Shown: positions 47,967-55,963 of the stretch, one piece after another
Layout: every line of letters begins with the position of its first letter
How positions within the stretch are numbered: the stretch's first letter is position 1
DNA from: Oscillospiraceae bacterium
GTDB lineage: Bacteria; Bacillota; Clostridia; Oscillospirales; Oscillospiraceae
Direction of reading: 5' to 3'
DNA length: 64,000 nt
Assembly: GCA_017550645.1 (NCBI GenBank)
Contig: JAFZOI010000017.1
Coordinates: 1,073 to 65,072, forward strand
The notes under the pieces: model-generated
Told to the model about the DNA's origin: nothing
Databases searched by the model: none
Seen by the model: the letters and a program-made list of their open reading frames with translations, nothing else
Program-made: the position numbers and the translations under genes

Positions 47967-48131
47967 CTATCGCTCCATTCCCATTTTCTTTGTCAGATCC
48001 CCGAGGCTTTTTTCATACTGCGCCCGGGAAATTGCGCCGTTGGCGAGAAAAGTGTCGAGCAGCTCCTTTTGCTTTTCATAGAGCTTGCAGCGCTTTTCCT
48101 CGTCGGAAAGGCCGGTCCATTCGTTTTCCAT
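47967..48131 (-). CDS. small hypothetical protein (54 aa, below the ORF-track cutoff)
   Basis: Hand translation: MENEWTGLSDEEKRCKLYEKQKELLDTFLANGAISRAQYEKSLGDLTKKMGMER. Helical and protein-like, unlike the overlapping 61-aa Arg/Ser-rich track ORF. There is no strong SD, so the call is moderate. Confidence 0.45.
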   Translation of the reverse strand: MENEWTGLSDEEKRCKLYEKQKELLDTFLANGAISRAQYEKSLGDLTKKMGMER

Positions 48132-48225
48132 AAACGTCTCCTATGCCCGCGGGACATCGCCGAGGCTGATTGTAACACTCAATTGTTAAGAATTTGAGAA
48201 CTCTCGCGAAAAAATAAAAAGAAAT

Positions 48226-48600
48226 TCAGCCGCCGTGAGCTCTTTCGCCGCGCTTCAAGGCCTCGTGCTCGGCCGAGAGCTCCTCATAAAGCCGCGACGC
48301 AGTCCATTTTATATTCTGCTCCGTAACCACGGCTTTGAGCGCGACGGGCGCCTTGACGCGGCGCAGCCCGTCAAGCAGGCTCTGAATACGGCGCGAGTCG
48401 AGCCCGTCCATAACGAGCATCTCGCCGGAAAACGGCTCCGCGCTCTCAGCGGCTGCGGCTTCCCTGCCGGTCAGCTCCGCGAGGGTCTTCCCGAAGTCCT
48501 CCGGAGATACCTCGCGGCATGCCACGCCGAGCTTAGTAAGCAGGAAGCGTATCTTCTTTTTCTTTTCCTCGCCGATGTTGAAAAGCAGGACCTGCGCCAT
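48226..48600 (-). CDS. DUF3783 domain-containing protein
   Basis: 124 aa. VLLFNIGEEKKKKIRFLLTKLGVACREV is a typical DUF3783 start. Confidence 0.7.
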   Translation of the reverse strand: MAQVLLFNIGEEKKKKIRFLLTKLGVACREVSPEDFGKTLAELTGREAAAAESAEPFSGEMLVMDGLDSRRIQSLLDGLRRVKAPVALKAVVTEQNIKWTASRLYEELSAEHEALKRGERAHGG

Positions 48601-48666
48601 GGCTTTTCTCCCCTTTCGTCCGCTCGATTATACTCCCGCGGTGGTTTTTGCGCAACCTCGATACGC

Positions 48667-48694
48667 AAAAAGAGCGCGCCCGAAGGCGCGCTCT
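48667..48694 (-). terminator. rho-independent terminator after ferredoxin subunit
   Basis: Stem agagcgcgcc / ggcgcgctct with a 4-nt loop, followed on the minus strand by tttttgcg. Confidence 0.8.
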
Positions 48695-48711
48695 TTTGTA
48701 TGGGATCGCAA

Positions 48712-49008
48712 TTACTTGACCTGGCTGATCTTGCCGGTCTCCTTGTTCCTCCAGCGGGGCTTGAGGGGCAGCGGATAATTGAACTCGATCGCGCCGGGAG
48801 TCGGGCAATCGGTCACGCAGCAGCCGCAGTACCAGCACTCTTCGGGATGAAGGATGATGGGGGGCTGGCCCTTCTTGGGGTTGGGGATGTAGACGTCGAT
48901 CTGGCAGACCTCGACGCAGGTATTGCAGCCGATGCACTTGTCGGGATTGACCCTGACCGGCATGCTCGGCGTCTGAACGTTGGGTATCGCAAACACTTTA
49001 TTCGCCAT
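48712..49008 (-). CDS. 4Fe-4S dicluster protein, AprB-like small subunit
   Basis: Start at MANKVF (ATG 49008, GGAGGA SD). CIGCNTCVEVCQ and the CWYCGCCVTDCP motif with the AprB-like layout. Confidence 0.78.
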   Translation of the reverse strand: MANKVFAIPNVQTPSMPVRVNPDKCIGCNTCVEVCQIDVYIPNPKKGQPPIILHPEECWYCGCCVTDCPTPGAIEFNYPLPLKPRWRNKETGKISQVK

Positions 49009-49025
49009 TACTCTGTCCTCCTGTC

Positions 49026-50978
49026 TCATTCAGCGGGCTTATACACGCCGGTATAGTCCTTGTTGTGAGCCTCGTAGCCCTCTTTCATGTTGCCGTACCA
49101 CTTCGAAGGCAGTCTCTCAAACTTGACCTCGTCGTTCTCAAGCCTAAGCGTGAGGAAGCAATTGGCCTCTTCGGGATTGTCCTGCGGATAATCGACGCGG
49201 TCGATACGGAGTCTGGCATTGGTGAGCCTGCGCTCCTTCATGGCGTAGATGGCTACCTTGCAGCAGGTGATGATGCTGAGGTCCTCTATCGAGCGCATGA
49301 GCTTGTGCGGGTCGAGAGCATAGAGCTGAGGCACGGCGTTCTCTTCGATCCTCTCGATCTCCTCGAGAGCGATGTCAAGGAGCTTCTCGCTCTTGAACTC
49401 GCTGACGAAGTACTGCATGACGCGGTTGACGCCGTTGTGCAGTTCCTTCCACTCGATGCCGCCGTCGCGCTTGGTCGGAGCGAGGACGCGCTCCTTCTCC
49501 TTGTCTATCTGCTCGCGGCAGACCTTGCCTTCGCCGTTGGCCTTGGCGTACGCGGCGGCCTTGCGGCCGGCGTAGCGGCCGGTGGAGGCGGCGAAGCTGT
49601 GGTCGCCCGGGGAGAAGATGGAGGTGCCGGCGCCGAAGAGGCCGGGGACGTTGGTCATCAGATCCCAGTCGATCATAAGGCCGCCGCTGCGGGAACCGTC
49701 GCGGTACTGCTGAGAGGGCTGGAACTCGATGAGCGTGTAGTTCATGATCTGGTCGCGCTTGTAGTCGAAGCCGTTCTCGGTCATCGTCTTGACCATGACC
49801 TTCGTCGTGGACTCCTCGTTGAGCATGAGGTTCCATGTGGCGTTGGCCTCCTCGGGCTTCATGCCGGCGAAATCGCCGAAGAACGGGAGCTCGTACTTGC
49901 CTTCCTTGACGCCCTCGCGGATCTCGTTGATGATGTTGGCCTGGTTGGAGAACATCGCGCCGCCGTCGGCCCAGCCCTGAGTCGGGGCGGGGAGCTTCGT
50001 GTTGTTCGCGTCGACGAGGGGAACGTTTTCATAGCTCGCGTCCGCGCCGCCGGAATACCACTTGTGCTTGAGGCCGGAAGCGATCCTGTACGGAGCGCTG
50101 CCTTCCATCATGGTGATCTTCGCGCCGGCGTTGAACGCCATGGCGGTCGCGTCGCCGCACTCGTTGCGGGAATACATCGTCGAATATCCGCCGTGCTCCA
50201 TGTCCATGAACCACAGGGAGTTCGGGCCGGCCGCGGACATGACGACGGCCTTCGCCTTGACGATGATGAATTCGCCCGTGCGGACGTTGAGGCCGGTCGC
50301 GCCGACTATGCGGGCGCCCTGCTTGCCGCCCTCATTGAGCAGGCTGGTCGCCATGACGCGGTCGAACACCTGCACGCCGAGCTTCTTGCATTCTTTCTTG
50401 AGGATGGGCTTGAACGTGCTGCCCCAGATACGGAGAACGACGTTCGTGCGCTTCTCGGGGGGATTGTAGCCGGGCTTCTTCCAGTCGTCATACGGAGCGT
50501 AGCCGACGCCGACGCCGTAGCGTGGAGAGACCATGAACTTGGTCTCGTCGTCACGTCCCTCGACGCCGACGAACTCGTCGTCCGTGTCGCGGATCTTGCC
50601 GCCCATCTGCTCCATCTCGAGCAGGGTGTCGAAGTCCTCGCGGCACTGGATCTCGGTGCCGATGCCGTTGGAGAACGGCCCCTGAGTCATCTGCTCGGCC
50701 CACCAGTCGGGGTCGACTCTGGACAGGGGGTTCGCCGGCACGTTGCACCAGTGGTCGCAGCCCGGTCCGCCGGCGCCGCTGCGCCTGACGTCGCCTTTCT
50801 CGAGGAGGACGACCTTCGCGCCGTTGCGGGCGGCGGTGATGGCGGCCCAGCATCCCGCGATGCCGCCGCCGAGGACAAGTACGTCGGTCTCTACCTCTTT
50901 TTCCTCACCGAACTTGATCGGATAAGGCCACTCGGGAGGCGTACCCTCGGACTTCAGATAATCATGCCATGTTCCCAT
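49026..50978 (-). CDS. FAD-binding oxidoreductase, AprA/fumarate-reductase-flavoprotein-like large subunit
   Basis: 650 aa. N-terminal dinucleotide fold DVLVLGGGIAGCWAAITAARNG. Size and the ferredoxin partner match the AprAB/Frd-type flavoprotein family. Substrate unknown. Confidence 0.75.
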   Translation of the reverse strand: MGTWHDYLKSEGTPPEWPYPIKFGEEKEVETDVLVLGGGIAGCWAAITAARNGAKVVLLEKGDVRRSGAGGPGCDHWCNVPANPLSRVDPDWWAEQMTQGPFSNGIGTEIQCREDFDTLLEMEQMGGKIRDTDDEFVGVEGRDDETKFMVSPRYGVGVGYAPYDDWKKPGYNPPEKRTNVVLRIWGSTFKPILKKECKKLGVQVFDRVMATSLLNEGGKQGARIVGATGLNVRTGEFIIVKAKAVVMSAAGPNSLWFMDMEHGGYSTMYSRNECGDATAMAFNAGAKITMMEGSAPYRIASGLKHKWYSGGADASYENVPLVDANNTKLPAPTQGWADGGAMFSNQANIINEIREGVKEGKYELPFFGDFAGMKPEEANATWNLMLNEESTTKVMVKTMTENGFDYKRDQIMNYTLIEFQPSQQYRDGSRSGGLMIDWDLMTNVPGLFGAGTSIFSPGDHSFAASTGRYAGRKAAAYAKANGEGKVCREQIDKEKERVLAPTKRDGGIEWKELHNGVNRVMQYFVSEFKSEKLLDIALEEIERIEENAVPQLYALDPHKLMRSIEDLSIITCCKVAIYAMKERRLTNARLRIDRVDYPQDNPEEANCFLTLRLENDEVKFERLPSKWYGNMKEGYEAHNKDYTGVYKPAE

Positions 50979-51227
50979 TATTCAACCTCCTATGAATTTA
51001 CATTTGCTTTCGTTAGAATTACCTATTTTGATTTTAATCTCAATTCGTCAAAAGGTCAATATGATAAAAAAATAAAAGCGCGCTTTATCTGGCAAAATAT
51101 GCCTGCAAACGCTTTTTCAAAATAATGCTTTTCACTTGGAGCAACATGCTGTATAATATTTGTAATTCCCGCCGAGGGCGGGATCAGAGACGAAAAAGAA
51201 TAATAAAAATACAGCGGAGGTAACCAA

Positions 51228-52775
51228 ATGAACGCGAAAACCTACATTGAGCCCCAGACTACGCTGCCCGTATACGACGAATGCGACGTGCTCGTCGTCG
51301 GCGGCGGCGCGGCCGGGCATTCCGCCGCGATCGCCGCGGCGCGCGCAGGCAGCAAGAACGTTATACTTATGGAGCGCTACGGCTACTGCGGCGGCGACGT
51401 CACCGGCGGCTTCGTCCTGCTTATCCCCAGCCTCTCGTTCCATGAGAAGATCTATGTCCGCGGCATTCAGGAAGAGTGGTTCACCCGCCTGAAGAAGGTC
51501 CCCGGCGGCGTCGCGGGCCCCGATCCCGAGCTGACCGGCTCAAAGGATCCCGCTCTCATCGCCAAGTATGCCGAGGTCGGCGGCGCGGGCGGCATCGTCG
51601 AGCGCCGCGTAGAGCACGGCTTCATGCTCGATCCGATGCAGCTTCGCATCGAGATGGACCTCATGCTCCGCGAGCACGCCGACTCCATCCGCATCCTCTA
51701 TCATTCCTGGGGCACGAAGCCCATCATGGAGGGCAACGTCTGCAAGGGCGTAATCTTTGAGTCCAAGGAAGGGCGCAAGGCCGTCCTCGCGAAGGTCGTC
51801 ATCGACTGCACCGGCGACGCGGACATCTGCCGCCTCTCCGGCGCGCCGACCACCTCCTCCATCGACGACGAGTGCCGCTGCGGTTCCACGGCGCTGGTTT
51901 ACCGCATCGGCGGCTTCAGCCGCAAGGCCTTCGCCAAATGGAGAGCCGAGAACCCCGAAAAGAGCAAGGCGCTCTCCGCCGAGCTCGTCGAGATACACGG
52001 CTTCCGCTCCGGCATGATCGCAGGCGTGCGTGACGACGTCAGCTGGGTCAACAACTGGCAGCCCAAGCGCGACTGCTCCAAGATCGAGGATCAGAGCATC
52101 ACCGAGTGGGGCACCCGCATCAAGATCAGGGACATCATGGATTGCTACAAGCGCTACGCGCCCGACGTCTTCGCCGACGCCTACCTCTATGATATCGCCC
52201 CGCAGCTCGGCACGCGCGGCTCCCACCGCATACTCGGCGAGCACATCATCTCCTCCAACGACTGGGCCTTCCCCAAGGAGCATGAGGACTGCATCGCATG
52301 GCACTGCACCGTCGAGACGCTCAACGACAACGCGCCCATCGAGATCCCCTACCGCGCGATCCTCCCGCAGAAGGTCGAAAACCTCCTGGCCCCCGGCCGT
52401 CACCTCTCCGCCGACCGCGTCGCCATCGACAACGTCAACCTCATCCCGCAGTGCGTCGGTACCGGTCAGGCCGCCGGCGTCGCGGCTGCCGTCGCGATCG
52501 CGGACGGAGCCAGCACGCACACCGTCAACGTCTCCAAGGTGCAGGATATCCTCGCCGGCGAGCAGGACGTGCCTCTGCCCCGCAACCCGCACACCGACAA
52601 GAGCTACACCGAGTGCCTCATCGAGCACGAGTACGGCCTCTACACCCCCGCGGCCAAGAGGGCCCGCGAGGCCGGCGACGCCGCGAGCGTATACCGTCAC
52701 TGGACGCTGTCCGGCGGCTCCGGCATGCAGAAGGAGCAGCAGAAGGACGGCAAGGACTCCGGCCTGCTCCACTGA
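51228..52775 (+). CDS. FAD-dependent oxidoreductase (FAD_oxidored family)
   Basis: 515 aa. DVLVVGGGAAGHSAAIAAARAG motif. Divergent from the AprA-like gene across an AT-rich 250-nt region. Confidence 0.8.
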   Translation: MNAKTYIEPQTTLPVYDECDVLVVGGGAAGHSAAIAAARAGSKNVILMERYGYCGGDVTGGFVLLIPSLSFHEKIYVRGIQEEWFTRLKKVPGGVAGPDPELTGSKDPALIAKYAEVGGAGGIVERRVEHGFMLDPMQLRIEMDLMLREHADSIRILYHSWGTKPIMEGNVCKGVIFESKEGRKAVLAKVVIDCTGDADICRLSGAPTTSSIDDECRCGSTALVYRIGGFSRKAFAKWRAENPEKSKALSAELVEIHGFRSGMIAGVRDDVSWVNNWQPKRDCSKIEDQSITEWGTRIKIRDIMDCYKRYAPDVFADAYLYDIAPQLGTRGSHRILGEHIISSNDWAFPKEHEDCIAWHCTVETLNDNAPIEIPYRAILPQKVENLLAPGRHLSADRVAIDNVNLIPQCVGTGQAAGVAAAVAIADGASTHTVNVSKVQDILAGEQDVPLPRNPHTDKSYTECLIEHEYGLYTPAAKRAREAGDAASVYRHWTLSGGSGMQKEQQKDGKDSGLLH

Positions 52776-52804
52776 CAGCGAAAACCGCATCAAAATAAGC
52801 TTCG

Positions 52805-52841
52805 CCGCCCGGGACAAATCCCCGGGCGGTGTTGTTTTTTT
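52805..52841 (+). terminator. rho-independent terminator
   Basis: Stem ccgcccggg / cccgggcgg, followed by gtgttgttttttt. Confidence 0.8.
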
Positions 52842-52858
52842 CTGGAACCAAAAAACAC

Positions 52859-53317
52859 TTACTGTTTTATGTCAACTAAATGGTCTGCTATTCTTTTTTC
52901 ATCAGAAATGTTGCAAAGAATACCTGTCAGTTTTTCATCCCAACTTAATGCTTCATTCAAATCAGTTTTAATATTTTGCGCCAAACTGTCCGGCAAAACT
53001 TCTCCTCTTTTTATATGCAGATAGTTTTCGCTTCCCCCAAAACATTGATGGCACCAGTAGTTTCTTCTTTCCCTTAATTTATCCAGTTGATGTATTTCTT
53101 CGATTTTTATGTACTCGTGCCCTTGTTGCTTTTGATCTTTCTGGATTCTAATGAGTAGTTTTCCCATAGGGTCTTCTTCATAATCGTCAAGTCTTTCGAT
53201 CCATCCTTTGTTGCCGTCCATGTTAATAGCAGCGCATATTCCTTTCAATCGCATTTCTATAAGTTGATAATATTCAATTATCATACTGTGCATGATTCGA
53301 AAATCTTTTTCTTTCAT
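52859..53317 (-). CDS. hypothetical protein on low-GC islet, HEPN-like Rx4H motif
   Basis: 152 aa, predicted all-helical. RNYWCH (aa 85-90, nt 53048-53065) fits the HEPN R-[N/D/Q]-x3-H motif. Local G+C was hand-counted at 18/60 and 22/60 on two lines, against about 60-70% in the flanks. Confidence 0.6.
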   Translation of the reverse strand: MKEKDFRIMHSMIIEYYQLIEMRLKGICAAINMDGNKGWIERLDDYEEDPMGKLLIRIQKDQKQQGHEYIKIEEIHQLDKLRERRNYWCHQCFGGSENYLHIKRGEVLPDSLAQNIKTDLNEALSWDEKLTGILCNISDEKRIADHLVDIKQ

Positions 53318-53460
53318 TTTTTATCCCTCAGGTATCTCGCAAAACTATTATCACTATACTTCTATTTGCGGCTGTTTTCAATCAGGTCAATGAGGGTTGT
53401 TTTTCTTGCTGTGAGATGGTAAGATATCTACACGAAGCAGATTCCTCCATTTGAAGCGAA

Positions 53461-53880
53461 ATGAGGCGCGATATGATCGAAACGAGAATCGACGTCAGAT
53501 ACACAGACTGCGACAGCATGGGCATCGTCCATCACGCGGTTTATCCGGTATGGTACGAGCTGGCGCGGATGGACCTTTTCAAGAGGGCCGGCTTCGGGTA
53601 CTCTCATACGCATCCTCTCGGGCTCGACCCCGCGATGGTCCACCTCGAGCTCAATTACGGCGCGCCCGTTTCCTTCCCCGGCAGCGTCACGGTCAGGACC
53701 CGCGTTACGCTCTGCGAGGGGAAAAAGCTCAGCTGTTCCTACGAGGTCTGGCAGGAAGGCGCGGAGGCGCCGTGCGCAACGGCGAGCAGCTTCCATATAT
53801 GGGTCAGAGGCGGGAAAAGCCTTGACCTAGAGCACGAGTATCCGGATATCTTTGCGGCATACCGCGCCATGATGGACTGA
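53461..53880 (+). CDS. acyl-CoA thioesterase, 4HBT/YbgC-like hot-dog fold
   Basis: 139 aa. VRYTDCDSMGIVHHAVYPVWYE matches the YbgC catalytic Asp/His region. Confidence 0.82.
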   Translation: MRRDMIETRIDVRYTDCDSMGIVHHAVYPVWYELARMDLFKRAGFGYSHTHPLGLDPAMVHLELNYGAPVSFPGSVTVRTRVTLCEGKKLSCSYEVWQEGAEAPCATASSFHIWVRGGKSLDLEHEYPDIFAAYRAMMD

Positions 53881-53892
53881 AGGATAATAACG

Positions 53893-53936
53893 AAAAGGAG
53901 GCTCCGTCCGCGGACGGGATCTCCTTTTTCTTTTTT
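53893..53936. terminator. bidirectional terminator
   Basis: aaaaggag...ctcctttt outer stem with inner ccgtccg/cggacgg, followed by a long T-run. Confidence 0.75.
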
Positions 53937-55963
53937 CAGAGCTTATATATCCTGAGGCCGTCGAACTTCTTTATGAGCTTGAGCATGCTGTTGAAGGGCT
54001 CGTAATCCTTGCCCTTCTCCGTTTCGGGCAAAGCGTCGTAATGCGCCTTTATCTGCGCGTCGTCCGGCTCGCCGTCCATTGCCAGCTTATGGCGGCGCAT
54101 CTGCTCACGGAAGGCTTTGCGCTTTGAGTACATGCTCTCCCCTTCGGCAAGGCTCTCGCCCTCCGGGAGCGGCAGGCTCTCATATTCGTCGCCGTACCGC
54201 CAGCCCATGGAGATGTGCTCGAGCACCCATCTCTTGTGTTCCATCGGCGCGAACACCTCCGTCTGCGCCGGGGAGAACTTGACGATCTCCTCGCAGTCGA
54301 CGGGCTTATCCGTATAAAAGCAATCTATCGCGTTGAGATACGCGCTGAAGCTTTTCGCCTGATTGATGTTCGATAGCTGGTATTCAAGCGAAAGCGCTTC
54401 GAACTTCTCCTCCAGAAGCTCGGGGCTCACTTTGTCCTCGTTCCCGCCGTAGAGATAGCGCGCATTGAGCGCGACGGCGAAATCGTAAAGATGCATGAAG
54501 CTGCTGCTCGAAAGATAGGTATGCTTGCTCTTCCTGTCCGCCGCACGCACGTCAGCGACGACGGAAAGCGGCGCCGAGGACGTATCCACGATGCGCTCTA
54601 TATCCTTCCGGAAGCGCCCGCCGACCATGTCGCTGTAGGCTTTGAGCCTCGGTTCCTCCCCCGCGCAGCCGCTCTGTCTCCACTCCGCAATGCTGCGCTC
54701 GAAGTCCTCGATCTTGTCGCGCTCGGCGCTGTCGAAAAAGTAGGTCGCCCTTATCGATCCGCCGGAGAGATCGAACTCCGCGGCGGACGGGTGGAGCTCC
54801 CTGCGCGAATTGCGTCCATAGGCGATTCGGTCCCAGCACTGGAGCTCGTCGCACAGCATGAGAAGATACGCAAGAGGCTGCAGCCGCATCTTCAGCGGCA
54901 CGTCCGGCTTTTTGTTTGCTATGGCGAATTTGAAAAGGCTGTTGTGCATGAGGATGGCCGAGAGCGCGTTGACGTGGAAGGGCGTGAGCGAGGAAGCGCC
55001 CTCGGGCGTCTCAGCCAGCTCCCGGAACAGGCGCATCGCAGAAAACCATGCGTGGTCCATATAGTACCCGAAGGTCTCCGGCGAAGTCGGCTTTCGCGCT
55101 ATGGTCTCCGCGAGCTCGTTTTCCGACGCTCCGTATTCCTTCCCTATCGTCCGCGCGATATCGAACGCAAAGACGTCGACGAGCGAGGAAAACTCCCGCC
55201 CGAAAAGCTCCCCGAAGCGCCTTTTCGCAGCCTCGGGCACGTCCGTCAGGCTGTTTAAGTCGCGGTAGGCCATATAGACGGCGCCCTTTCCGCGCCGGAT
55301 ACCGTCCGTCTCGAAATACGAGAGCACCTGCTCGAACGGGAGCTCGAACGGATATCCTATGTCGTGGAAAAGCGAGGTCAGACCCCAGTATTCGAGAAAC
55401 AGACAGGCCGCTTCCCTGTCGCTCTCCGCGTTTTCCTCGTCGGGATCGAGCCCGTAAAACTCCTTGAAGGCGCGGCGGTATGCCGAGTTGCGCTCATATA
55501 CGGCAAGACCGAGCGCGAAAACGTAGACCGAATGGGAGTAGTGATCTCTGTGCTTCATCAGAAGCGAGCTGCCGTTGGACTCATACTCGGAGAGGAGCTC
55601 GACCATCTTCTTGGACTTTCCGTAGCAGCCGAAAAACATCTCGAGATAGCAGTAATAGACGTTGTAGGCGTCGTCCGCCGCGCCGGAATCGATGAACTTC
55701 TCGAGTTCTCTTTCGAGGCAAAGGCGCTCGACGTCCATCTCCATGTCGTACGGGATCTGGCGCGGCTCGGAGCTCCTGCCGGAATAGGGCGCGTCATCCC
55801 GGAAATTAAGCTTCTCACAGCGGTCGTGGATAAAGCGGAGAGCGGAGTTTTTCAGGTCCGCGCGCGCCGGGTCGAAGTGCCTGTCGGGCTGCGCGGGACC
55901 GACGTCGGCGCCGAAGCGGACGATATTCTCCTTCCGCATTTGATCAAGGAACGTATACGCCAT
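53936..55963 (-). CDS. HD-domain phosphohydrolase fused to C-terminal RyR-type domain
   Basis: 675 aa. HD motif set HRDHYSHS / LFHDIGYP / LMHNS / LCDELQCWDR. C-terminal RyR-like motifs SNINQAKSFSAYL, MEHKRWVLEHISMGWRYGD and YDALPETEKGKDY. The ATG overlaps the TIR gene stop (TAATG) with a GGGAGG SD. Confidence 0.75.
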   Translation of the reverse strand: MAYTFLDQMRKENIVRFGADVGPAQPDRHFDPARADLKNSALRFIHDRCEKLNFRDDAPYSGRSSEPRQIPYDMEMDVERLCLERELEKFIDSGAADDAYNVYYCYLEMFFGCYGKSKKMVELLSEYESNGSSLLMKHRDHYSHSVYVFALGLAVYERNSAYRRAFKEFYGLDPDEENAESDREAACLFLEYWGLTSLFHDIGYPFELPFEQVLSYFETDGIRRGKGAVYMAYRDLNSLTDVPEAAKRRFGELFGREFSSLVDVFAFDIARTIGKEYGASENELAETIARKPTSPETFGYYMDHAWFSAMRLFRELAETPEGASSLTPFHVNALSAILMHNSLFKFAIANKKPDVPLKMRLQPLAYLLMLCDELQCWDRIAYGRNSRRELHPSAAEFDLSGGSIRATYFFDSAERDKIEDFERSIAEWRQSGCAGEEPRLKAYSDMVGGRFRKDIERIVDTSSAPLSVVADVRAADRKSKHTYLSSSSFMHLYDFAVALNARYLYGGNEDKVSPELLEEKFEALSLEYQLSNINQAKSFSAYLNAIDCFYTDKPVDCEEIVKFSPAQTEVFAPMEHKRWVLEHISMGWRYGDEYESLPLPEGESLAEGESMYSKRKAFREQMRRHKLAMDGEPDDAQIKAHYDALPETEKGKDYEPFNSMLKLIKKFDGLRIYKL

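Noticed and set aside
47993-48178. 61-aa track ORF (MLQSASAMSRGHRRRLWKTNG...).
   Set aside because: Its composition is Arg/Ser-rich and basic. A different frame on the same strand gives a helical, protein-like 54-aa product (47967-48131), which I prefer.
53936-55963. Direct functional link between the bacterial RyR-type domain and cADPR sensing, by analogy with eukaryotic ryanodine receptors.
   Set aside because: This is only an analogy. The RyR repeat is not an established cADPR-binding module, so it is kept as a speculative motivation and not a claim.
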